A DNA stretch of 10,101 nucleotides from Nanopusillaceae archaeon. GTDB lineage: Archaea; Nanobdellota; Nanobdellia; Nanobdellales; Nanobdellaceae. Location: positions 1-10,101 of the forward strand of contig JAWBIX010000012.1 of the NCBI GenBank assembly GCA_038833255.1. Reading direction: 5' to 3'. The notes under the pieces were generated by a model. That model searched no databases. It was not told where the DNA came from and worked only from the letters and a program-made list of their open reading frames with translations. Made by a program: the position numbers and the translations under genes. Shown in pieces: positions 1 to 7,402 of the stretch (the stretch's first letter is position 1; every line of letters starts with the position of its first letter).

Positions 1-872
1 CATAATTGTCTCGTTACATCACCGGCAGCTAATAAACCTTCAACATTTGTCCTACAGCAATTATCTACTATTATGAAACCGTTTTCATCTATTTCTACTC
101 CTAGATTCCTCAAAAATTCTGAAGCTGGAGATAACCCAATTGCTACAAAAACACCATCTACTTTTAAACTTAAATATTCATTTGTCTTCGTATCCATTAA
201 TATTATTTCTTCAACTTTATCTTTCCCTCTTATTTCAAAAACAACTTTATTTAATAAAAATTCTACATTTTTTAAATTCTTAACTTTTTCAATTATTATA
301 GGATCGGCTTTAAATTCATCTCTGCGATGTATTAAATATATTTTTGATGCATATTCCGAAAGAACTAACACATCATGAAACGCTGAATTTCCACCTCCAA
401 TAACTGCAACAATTTTATTTTTATATAACGGAGCGTCACATTCTGCACAATATGAAATTCCTTTTAAATTTTCTCCAGGAACTCCCAATTTTCTTCTATT
501 TGACCCTGTAGCAACAATTAGCACTTTTGATTCAAATATTTTACCACTTTTTGTATAAACAAAAAATAATTTGTCCTTTTTTTCCACATTTATTACTTCA
601 TCTATATAAGTTTTAACATTATATGCCTCTGCATGCTCTTTAAATAATCTTCCAAGTTCAGATCCCTTTATACTCTTAAAACCTGGATAATCTTCTATTA
701 CATGAGCTTCATTTAACAACCCACCAACTTCTTTTGTTATAACTAGAGTCTTTAATTTGTATCTACCACAATATATCGCTGCAGAATATCCAGAAGGACC
801 ACCACCAATAATAATTACATCCCAAGTCTTGTCAATTTCTTCTTTTAAATCAATTTTTATTTCAAATTTCAT
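1..872 (-). CDS. trxB: thioredoxin-disulfide reductase (low-Mr TrxR type), C-terminal end cut by window edge
   Basis: Not in the supplied track because it is open at position 1. My reverse-complement translation from the ATG at 872..870 gives MKFEIKIDLKEEIDKTWDVIIIGGGPSGYSAAIYCGRYKLKTLVITKEVGG...VLIVATGSNRRKLGVPGENLKGISYCAECDAPLYKNKIVAVIGGGNSAFHDVLVLSEYASKIYLIHRRDEFKA...VDGVFVAIGLSPASEFL...GLLAAGDVTRQL, with no stop before the edge. It has an FAD GxGxxG motif, a CxxC redox centre (CAEC), a second GGGNSA dinucleotide motif, an HRRDxF motif and a C-terminal AAGD motif. Confidence 0.85.
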   Translation of the reverse strand, partial: MKFEIKIDLKEEIDKTWDVIIIGGGPSGYSAAIYCGRYKLKTLVITKEVGGLLNEAHVIEDYPGFKSIKGSELGRLFKEHAEAYNVKTYIDEVINVEKKDKLFFVYTKSGKIFESKVLIVATGSNRRKLGVPGENLKGISYCAECDAPLYKNKIVAVIGGGNSAFHDVLVLSEYASKIYLIHRRDEFKADPIIIEKVKNLKNVEFLLNKVVFEIRGKDKVEEIILMDTKTNEYLSLKVDGVFVAIGLSPASEFLRNLGVEIDENGFIIVDNCCRTNVEGLLAAGDVTRQL

Positions 873-1953
873 CTATTTTTATTAATTCGCTTAACCTTTT
901 TAAAGCTCTTAACTTCCATTTTTCTCCAACTTTTGCTTCCTCTATAGCATTCTTAATTAATTCTGCCTCTTCTAACATTAGGGCTCTTTTAACATAATAT
1001 GGTTTTCCAGCTTTTGTTCCATGTGCAAAAGTATATATTATTGGATCTTTCCAAGAAATTTCCGATCCATAAATTAAATTTGCTACATAAACTAAAGATC
1101 TAATCAAACCCGGTCCAAATCCTTTTAAAAATAAAATATCTTCAAATTTTTCAATTGTTTTATTTATTTTTAGAGCTTTCCAATATACTTTTTTAGGAAT
1201 TTTTAAATATTCTGGTAATTCTTGATAAAAAATTTTTTTAGAATCTTTTTCCAAATAATTAAATATTGTTCTGTTTCCAATATTCTGCAATCTTATTATA
1301 TAATTCTTTATTTCATTTTCATTTTTTTCATTTAATAAATTAACTATGTCTTCTCTAGTATTTTTCATTTCTTTTGATGAAATATTTAGTGTTTTTGTTT
1401 TAAATCCAATTCCAATTTGTGGATCATTTAAAAAATCTTTTGTATTTATCCAATGAAATCTTCTAACTTTTTGTTCATCAATAGACATTTTTTGATTTAT
1501 TACAGTAAAATTTCCATTTTCGTCACATAACATAAAATGGAAATATAAATTATATCCATCTTGAACTAAATTATTATCAACCTTTGAAGATAAAATAGAT
1601 GCTCTTTTTAAGTAATCTAAATTCTTTAAATTTTCAATTTTTTCTAATTCTTCAGTTACTCTTGATTCTCTTCCTTTGCCGCCAAAAGCATAAATTCCTA
1701 AATTTTCTTCCATAGATATCTCCTTAACTGCTCTTAAAGTAACTGTAGTCATTCCAGAATAGTTCCATTCGAACCCAACCAAACATGCATATGAATTAAA
1801 CCATAAAGGATTTGAAAATCTTTTTATTATTTCTTTTGTTCCAAATTCATATTCTAACAATTTTAAAATACTTCTAGTAAGCTCTTTTATTTCTTTATAA
1901 TGTGGAACTGGTCCTTTCGCTAGCCTTAACTCTACATCACCAACTCTTTTCAT
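862..1953 (-). CDS. conserved protein of unknown function, DUF763 family
   Basis: 363-aa ORF with an ATG start. The N-terminal block NPLWFNSYACLVGFEWNYSGMTTVTLRAVKE...FGGKGRES and the C-terminal block YTFAHGTKAGKPYYVKRALMLEEAELIKNAIEEAKVG match my recollection of DUF763 (xDPxWFQ..LGFDWHSSGxTT ... AHGGKDGxPxPV). Its TGA stop (862..864) lies inside the trxB start region, an 11-nt overlap. Confidence 0.7.
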   Translation of the reverse strand: MKRVGDVELRLAKGPVPHYKEIKELTRSILKLLEYEFGTKEIIKRFSNPLWFNSYACLVGFEWNYSGMTTVTLRAVKEISMEENLGIYAFGGKGRESRVTEELEKIENLKNLDYLKRASILSSKVDNNLVQDGYNLYFHFMLCDENGNFTVINQKMSIDEQKVRRFHWINTKDFLNDPQIGIGFKTKTLNISSKEMKNTREDIVNLLNEKNENEIKNYIIRLQNIGNRTIFNYLEKDSKKIFYQELPEYLKIPKKVYWKALKINKTIEKFEDILFLKGFGPGLIRSLVYVANLIYGSEISWKDPIIYTFAHGTKAGKPYYVKRALMLEEAELIKNAIEEAKVGEKWKLRALKRLSELIKIDEI

Positions 1954-1967
1954 TCTATAAATTTATT

Positions 1968-2786
1968 TTAAAAACTATTTAAAAAAGAAGTTAAATCGCT
2001 TGTAATTTTATCTCCTAGATCTCTAGAGATATAAAAATTCTTGTTTAAATAAACTCTTTTTCTATCGAAATCTATATAAAACTTAATTCTTTTTTTACGT
2101 TTACCAATAAAAGTAGGAATTTCTAAGATATTTTTATGCAATTGTATTATATCTCTGTCTATTAGATCTAACTTTTTATCGTAAAAAGAAACATAAACTT
2201 TCTCTATAATTTTATCTTTTTCAAAAATAATTTCACTATTTTCCATATCTACTAGTATTCCAAATCTTTTTTCAAAATTTTTTAAACAAAAATATAATAA
2301 TCTTGGGGAAATAAAGTAATAATTGTCTACAAATTGTATTCCATCCAAAATTTTTTTAGCAAAATATATTTTCTCTTTTTCTAAATCTGAAATATCAAAA
2401 TTTATTGTCTCTTCTTCTTTTTTTAAAAATAATTTTGAAAATAAAGAAATTGCTTCATAATGTAACATATCTAAACCTATTCCTCTTATTTTATCTCCCT
2501 CGATAGTTTTTGAGAAATCAATAACGAATCCTGAATATTCTTTTAAATCATAGTTTTCTATTGACTTTCCTTTAGGGTCTATAACTAAAAATTTTCCTTT
2601 CGGTCTATCAAATTTTATCTTTTCTTTAATAATTTTTATAGGAACTCTAGAATATCTAACAATAGAGTCTATTCTTTTAATTTCAGATAGGAATAAATCT
2701 ATATTTTCCAATCCTGTAGAATAATACAAAAATCTTATTATTATTGCAGCTTCAAAAGGTTTTGGCTTATTAATCCAAATTATCAT
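1968..2786 (-). CDS. hypothetical protein (273 aa from internal Met MIIWINKPK; track ORF extends to 2897)
   Basis: Long ORF 14 nt upstream of the DUF763 gene on the same strand. I prefer the ATG at 2786..2784 because the upstream 37 codons would overlap the divergent SPOUT gene (2816..) by 82 nt. I recognise no family. The N-terminal half shows only a vague SPOUT-like strand/helix pattern (MIIWINKP..AAIIIRFLYYSTG..IDLF ... GKFLVIDPKGK ... GFVIDFS...IRGIGLDMLHYEAISLF). Confidence 0.55.
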   Translation of the reverse strand: MIIWINKPKPFEAAIIIRFLYYSTGLENIDLFLSEIKRIDSIVRYSRVPIKIIKEKIKFDRPKGKFLVIDPKGKSIENYDLKEYSGFVIDFSKTIEGDKIRGIGLDMLHYEAISLFSKLFLKKEEETINFDISDLEKEKIYFAKKILDGIQFVDNYYFISPRLLYFCLKNFEKRFGILVDMENSEIIFEKDKIIEKVYVSFYDKKLDLIDRDIIQLHKNILEIPTFIGKRKKRIKFYIDFDRKRVYLNKNFYISRDLGDKITSDLTSFLNSF

Positions 2787-2815
2787 TTTTAATGATTTTA
2801 TTCTAAAAATTTTAA

Positions 2816-3220
2816 ATGGAAATACTATTATACAAACTAAAAGACGTAGAAAATATAAAAGATTTTTTAAAAATATGTGACAATCTAAACTTACCATTGC
2901 ATATAATAAAGAGAGAAGGAGTAGATTATGGTTTTATAAAAAATAAAAAAGTTCAATTTTATAATTCATTTGAGGAGTTTTTAGAAAAAAATAAAGATAA
3001 AAAATTTTTATTTTTTGAAACTTATGGAGATAAATATATATTTGACGTAAATTTAAAAGATTTTGATATTTTTGTTTTTGGAGCAGAAGATTACGGGATT
3101 CCTATTGAAATAATAGAAAAAGTTAAAAATAAGGAAGTAGTAAAAATTCCAACAAAAATTCCTGGAAGTTACAATGTTGTTTCAACTTTTATTATCTTTC
3201 TAACTTTCTATATGTCTTAA
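2816..3220 (+). CDS. minimal SpoU/TrmL-like SPOUT RNA 2'-O-methyltransferase (134 aa)
   Basis: Colinear with E. coli TrmL as I recall it: [31 protein letters not shown] vs [47 protein letters not shown] vs [35 protein letters not shown] vs IRIPMVPDSRSMNLSNAVSVVVY. Confidence 0.75.
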   Translation: [134 protein letters not shown]

Positions 3221-3604
3221 TTTTTTTTCTAAAGGCTTCAAAATTAAAGTTATAATACCAAACATTGTTGATAGAAATGCAATATTATATTGACTTGTAC
3301 CAATTGCCATTGCAATCGCAGTAACTAACCATAATGAGGCAGCAGTAGTTAAACCTATAACTTTTTCTTCATATTTCATTATAGTTCCAGCCCCAATAAA
3401 ACCAATTCCTACAATGAGATTTGCAACAATCCTTGCTGCTTCAGCACCAAAAAAATCTATAGCAACTAAAGTAAAAGTTAAAGCACCAACAGCTACCAAA
3501 ATATGGGTCCTCATTCCTGCAGGCTTTGCTTTTATTTCTCTTTCAATTCCAAAAATTAAACCAACTAAAAAAGTAACAAGATATTTTACTAAAAGAGATT
3601 CCAT
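3200..3604 (-). CDS. MgtC/SapB family membrane protein
   Basis: 134-aa hydrophobic ORF with the family signature GIEREIKAKPAGMRTHILVAVGALTF...ARIVANLIVGIGFIGAGTIMK...VIGLTTAASLWLVTAIAMAIGTSQY. Its 3' end overlaps the convergent SPOUT gene by 21 nt. Confidence 0.85.
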   Translation of the reverse strand: MESLLVKYLVTFLVGLIFGIEREIKAKPAGMRTHILVAVGALTFTLVAIDFFGAEAARIVANLIVGIGFIGAGTIMKYEEKVIGLTTAASLWLVTAIAMAIGTSQYNIAFLSTMFGIITLILKPLEKKLRHIES

Positions 3605-3625
3605 AAAGATATTTTTTAAGATAAA

Positions 3626-4375
3626 TTATTTAACATTTAATAAATCAAAAATTAAATTTATTTTATTAAAATTTTTTAATTTTTTAAAACATTTTAGATT
3701 TAGTTTTTTATTTAAAAATGGCCATAATATAGAATCTATATGTAATGGAGGAACTCCTGATTTATAAGAAATTTTTCTCCAAAATTCCAAAAAATTATTT
3801 TTAATAAATCTTTGTGTATATTTTTTTATTCTACTATCCAGAGGAATATCAACTTCAAAAGGGTATGGTATGAATTTCTTAAAAATTATTCTAGACGCAT
3901 ATCCAAACATTTTTATAGAAAAGCAAATAGTTTTGGAAGATTTATTAGATTTCAAATAACTTGACAAATCATCTCTAAGAAAAACCATATTTTTGTAGTA
4001 AAAATCTATTTTCTCTAAATCTAATTTTTCTATAAAATCAGAAATTTTAATTATTCTTTTTATTTTAATATTTAAATATCTTTTATTACATCTAGAATTT
4101 TTCAAAAAATTTAAGTAATCTAAAACAACATTTTTTATATTTTTGTTTAAAATAAAATATTTTGAAAATTCCATCCACCACTTTTCTCCTGTACAATTTA
4201 TTTGATAACTTACGATAGAATTTAATAAAACCAACTTTATTACTAATTCTAGGTCTTTTACATTTTTATATAATTTTTTTATAGCAAAAAATTGAAAGTC
4301 TATATTTTCTTCGATATATCTAGCTCCTTCAATTCCGATTTCTCCTATTATTTTTACTAATTTTTCCTCTTTCAT
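3626..4375 (-). CDS. agog: archaeal N-glycosylase/DNA lyase (AGOG-type 8-oxoguanine DNA glycosylase)
   Basis: 249 aa. The motifs LNSIVSYQINCTGEKWWMEFSKYF, NKRYLNIKIKRI, KTICFSIKMFGYA (lysine-containing HhH region), VDIPLDSRI and GVPPLHIDSILWP match what I remember of Pyrobaculum AGOG and its family (ALVSYQL..GE..WW.F, NKRL, KT..F..KM.GYA, PPLHLDS..W). Confidence 0.75.
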   Translation of the reverse strand: MKEEKLVKIIGEIGIEGARYIEENIDFQFFAIKKLYKNVKDLELVIKLVLLNSIVSYQINCTGEKWWMEFSKYFILNKNIKNVVLDYLNFLKNSRCNKRYLNIKIKRIIKISDFIEKLDLEKIDFYYKNMVFLRDDLSSYLKSNKSSKTICFSIKMFGYASRIIFKKFIPYPFEVDIPLDSRIKKYTQRFIKNNFLEFWRKISYKSGVPPLHIDSILWPFLNKKLNLKCFKKLKNFNKINLIFDLLNVK

Positions 4376-4379
4376 AAAT

Positions 4380-5714
4380 TTATGGATATATTCTATTAGG
4401 ATCTCTCGGCAAGAATGCTACTTCTCTTATATTTTCTATTCCCAATAGCTGTTTTATAAATCTTTCAACACCAAATCCAAATCCACCCATCGTTGGAGAA
4501 CCGTATTTAAAAAACTCTAAGAAAAATTCTAAATTTTTTTCATTCAATCCTTTTTCTCTAATTTGTTTCAATAAAATTGAATATCTATGTTCTCTTTGGG
4601 CTCCAGTAGCTACTTCTAATCCTCGATATATTAAGTCAAAGCTCTTTGTTGTTTCTTTTCCATTTTTCATTGGTTCTCCTTTCATATGATAGAAAGGCCT
4701 TGCATCCCACGGCCAGTCTATTAAAAAGAAAAACTCTGAATTATAAGTATTCTTTACATATTCTCCGAGTATTCTTTCTCCTGCTGGAGTTATGTCTCCA
4801 TTTGGCTTTATATTTTCTTTGCCTATTATCTCATAAGCTTCTTCCATTTTTATTCTTGGAATTTTCGAAGGAATATTTATTTCTTGATTATAATATTTTC
4901 TTATTTCTTCTTCTCTTTCTTCCTTAAGTTTATTTAAAGTATAAACAATTAAATTCTCTAGAATATCCATTACATCATGATGTGAGGATATGTATCCGAC
5001 TTCCACATCTAAAGATATAAATTCTGTTAAGTGTCTTGTAGTAAAAGAAGGTTCAGCTCTATATGCATGAGAAATTTCGAAAACTTTTTCAAACCCAGAT
5101 ACTATTGCCATTTGCTTATAGAATTGTGGAGATTGAGCTAAATAAGCTTTTCTACTGAAATATTGTATTTCAAATACTTCTGCACCCCCCTCAGATGGTG
5201 TTCCTAATATCTTAGGAGTAAATATTTCTACAAATCCATTTTTATAGAAAAATTCTCTACTATATTTAACAAAATCAGATATCATAATTATTGGAAAGGA
5301 ATTTTTATCATCTCTTAAATCTATCCATCTATAATCTAATCTTTTTTCTAATGTAGATCTTGATTCTATTGGTAATGGTCTTGCTATTTCTCCTAAAACG
5401 TATATTTCTTCTACAACAATTTCTTTCCATTTTTTAGCAATTCCTTTTATATACTTTCCTCTTGCAACTATGAAAGTATGTAAAGAAAGATCTTTTACAA
5501 AATCTAAATTTCCCAAATTTTCCTCCTTTAAAGTTAATTGAACTTCTCCGCTTTTATCTTTTAAAACAATAAAACATATTTTTCCCATGTTTTTTATATT
5601 AGTAATCCATCCAGAAACTACAACTTCTCTGTTATATTCAACCTTTTCAAGATCAGAAATTTTAATTCTGCTTTTCAATAATTCCCCTATTCTTTGATTA
5701 TTAAAAATATTCAT
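4380..5714 (-). CDS. aspS: aspartate--tRNA ligase, archaeal type (discriminating vs non-discriminating not decidable here)
   Basis: 444 aa. It has an N-terminal OB anticodon-binding domain (VVVSGWITNIKNMGKICFIVLKDKSGEVQLTL) and class II motifs (FEISHAYRAEPSFTTRHLTEFISLDVE; GLEVATGAQREHRY...; YGSPTMGGFGFGVERFIKQLLGIENIREVAFLPRDPNRIYP). Confidence 0.93.
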   Translation of the reverse strand: MNIFNNQRIGELLKSRIKISDLEKVEYNREVVVSGWITNIKNMGKICFIVLKDKSGEVQLTLKEENLGNLDFVKDLSLHTFIVARGKYIKGIAKKWKEIVVEEIYVLGEIARPLPIESRSTLEKRLDYRWIDLRDDKNSFPIIMISDFVKYSREFFYKNGFVEIFTPKILGTPSEGGAEVFEIQYFSRKAYLAQSPQFYKQMAIVSGFEKVFEISHAYRAEPSFTTRHLTEFISLDVEVGYISSHHDVMDILENLIVYTLNKLKEEREEEIRKYYNQEINIPSKIPRIKMEEAYEIIGKENIKPNGDITPAGERILGEYVKNTYNSEFFFLIDWPWDARPFYHMKGEPMKNGKETTKSFDLIYRGLEVATGAQREHRYSILLKQIREKGLNEKNLEFFLEFFKYGSPTMGGFGFGVERFIKQLLGIENIREVAFLPRDPNRIYP

Positions 5715-5745
5715 TCATTAAATTTACCAAAGAAAAAAATAAAAG

Positions 5746-6831
5746 TTATCTAGTTATAATTAGGCTTTTCAATTCTTCTAAATATTTTTTCCCAGGTCCA
5801 TCTAAAAAATATTTTCTAGCAGGTTCCAATAATTCTATAAGGTATTCTGAAACTGAATTTTTTAAATCTAAAGGATGGATTTTTCCAGAAATATATTCTT
5901 CTCTAAAATGATTTATTGAATTATATTTTCTTAATTCTCCGGTTTTTAAGTTTTTTATTTCAAATTCCCTATTATTTTTAATTAAATATGGAAATATAAT
6001 TAATTCTGCTATTTCAAAAACAGGGTTTAGTTCTATTTCTTTTGGAGGACAATATGCTTTCATAATCTTATTCTTTATTTCCTCTTCTGTATCATGAATA
6101 AAAATTGCTGAATTTGGTTTTGACTTTGACATTTTTATATCTATTATTCCTTCTTCAAAAAGTTCTCTATCTCCTTTATTTTTTGCCTCTAACAATTTTT
6201 TTCTTATATTTTCGTCAATATGTAGTCCGGTCAGTAATCTATGATGAATAGCAATAGGTTTATATCCAAATTCTTCACAAACTTCTAAAGCAATTACATG
6301 TGCCTTTCTTTGATCCAATCCTCCATGAGCGATATTGACATTTAAAGAAAAAATATCTGCAACTTGCATTGGAATATATATTAGTTGAGCTAGAGTTATA
6401 TTTTCTTTTTGCTTTCTTCCTAATATTGTCAATCCTCTCTTCGCTCTAGCCAAAGTTAAATTCATTGAAATTTTTAATACTTTTGTAAAAAATTCTATTC
6501 CTAATTTTTCATACAATTCATAACCAAAAATAAATTTTGCTTTGTCAGGATCTCCACCAACACACTTTAAAGAAATTTTTAAAGCTTCTTTGAAATAACC
6601 ACTTCCTATCTTTCTTATTAATTCTATATCACCGCCAAGTTTTTTATTTATCCATGAGTGATAATCTGCTAAGAATATATTTGTTTCTATTCCGGCTTTT
6701 TGAAAATCGGCTACTTTATTCATGCATATTAATCCTGTTCCTAAATGGACAAATCCTGAAATCTCAAATCCTATGTAATGTCTTAATTTTTCACCTTTTT
6801 CTAATAATTCTTTTAATCTATCTAAAGTCAA
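5746..6831 (-). CDS. tyrS: tyrosine--tRNA ligase, long archaeal (type 4-like) form; true 5' end uncertain (see finding)
   Basis: 361 aa. [16 protein letters not shown] (HIGH-region variant), [69 protein letters not shown] and [24 protein letters not shown] are colinear with M. jannaschii TyrRS and with Pyrococcus/Aeropyrum-type TyrRS. The track start at 6831 is a TTG codon, not ATG. Confidence 0.9.
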   Translation of the reverse strand: MTLDRLKELLEKGEKLRHYIGFEISGFVHLGTGLICMNKVADFQKAGIETNIFLADYHSWINKKLGGDIELIRKIGSGYFKEALKISLKCVGGDPDKAKFIFGYELYEKLGIEFFTKVLKISMNLTLARAKRGLTILGRKQKENITLAQLIYIPMQVADIFSLNVNIAHGGLDQRKAHVIALEVCEEFGYKPIAIHHRLLTGLHIDENIRKKLLEAKNKGDRELFEEGIIDIKMSKSKPNSAIFIHDTEEEIKNKIMKAYCPPKEIELNPVFEIAELIIFPYLIKNNREFEIKNLKTGELRKYNSINHFREEYISGKIHPLDLKNSVSEYLIELLEPARKYFLDGPGKKYLEELKSLIITR

Positions 6832-6935
6832 AACTTCTATTGTTGGTTCTTTAGTTATTAAAGAAATTTTTTCATCAATACCGAAAATTGAATGTCATTA
6901 GTAAATATTTTTTAAATTAATTTAAAAATTTTATA

Positions 6936-7346
6936 ATGAAGGGAACTTATCTCTTATTATTAGAATGTTTAAATGACTGTGAAATTGAAGTTGGAAAACT
7001 AGGTAAAATTAGATTTAAAAAAGGATACTATATTTATATCGGATCTGCAATGAATAATTTAGAAAAAAGAATATTAAGACATTTAAAAAAAGATAAAAAA
7101 ATTAAATGGCACATAGATTATCTAACTACAAATGACAGTTTTATAATAAGAAAAATATTTATAAAAGAATCTAATAAAAAAGAAGAAGAAAAGATCTCTA
7201 AAATATTTGAAAAATATTTTAATTTTATAAAAAATTTTGGAAATTCGGATTGTAAAGATAACTCACACTTATTTTTAATAAATAATTTTAAAGTTTTGTA
7301 TAACATAATAAAAAAACTAAATTTTAAAAACTATAATATCATTTGA
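6936..7346 (+). CDS. DUF123 family protein (GIY-YIG-like nuclease superfamily, archaeal)
   Basis: 136 aa. GYYIYIGSAMNNLEKRILRHLKKDKKIKWHIDYL and FGNSDCKDNSHLF match the DUF123 pattern G.Y.YvGSA...l..Ri.RH.....K..WHIDYL ... GFG.SDC.C.SHLf. Confidence 0.75.
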   Translation: MKGTYLLLLECLNDCEIEVGKLGKIRFKKGYYIYIGSAMNNLEKRILRHLKKDKKIKWHIDYLTTNDSFIIRKIFIKESNKKEEEKISKIFEKYFNFIKNFGNSDCKDNSHLFLINNFKVLYNIIKKLNFKNYNII

Positions 7347-7352
7347 TTTTTT

Positions 7353-7402
7353 ATGAAGAGTTTTGCCGCTGCTGAGAAAATGATGAAGAACCCGGAAACA
7401 GA
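7353..7402 (+). ncRNA. candidate archaeal box C/D sRNA (2'-O-methylation guide)
   Basis: Layout is C box ATGAAGA (7353-7359), 12-nt guide GTTTTGCCGCTG (7360-7371), D' box CTGA (7372-7375), 4-nt linker GAAA, C' box ATGATGA (7380-7386), 12-nt guide AGAACCCGGAAA (7387-7398) and D box CAGA (7399-7402). A T6 run precedes it and a T4 run follows. The guides form a GC-rich island in an otherwise A/T intergenic region. Confidence 0.55.

Noticed and set aside
73-378. 101-aa plus-strand track ORF
   Set aside because: It lies entirely antisense to the well-supported trxB reading frame. The sequence is low-complexity S/F/I/K/N-rich with no motifs.
3414-3767. 117-aa plus-strand track ORF
   Set aside because: It is antisense to the MgtC-family gene and the 3' end of AGOG, and spans their intergenic spacer. 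It is a compositional shadow ORF.
4646-4927. 93-aa plus-strand track ORF
   Set aside because: It is antisense inside aspS. The L/F-rich peptide is typical of the reverse strand of K/E-rich coding sequence.
6654-6854. 66-aa plus-strand track ORF
   Set aside because: It is antisense to the 5' part of tyrS and has no recognisable features.
6901-6935. TATA-like strings in the tyrS/DUF123 divergent spacer, and elsewhere in the window
   Set aside because: Sequence this AT-rich contains TATA-like words almost everywhere, so specific promoter calls are not supportable. I listed only one, at low confidence.
7118-7306. 62-aa minus-strand track ORF
   Set aside because: It is antisense inside the DUF123 gene, which has clear family motifs.
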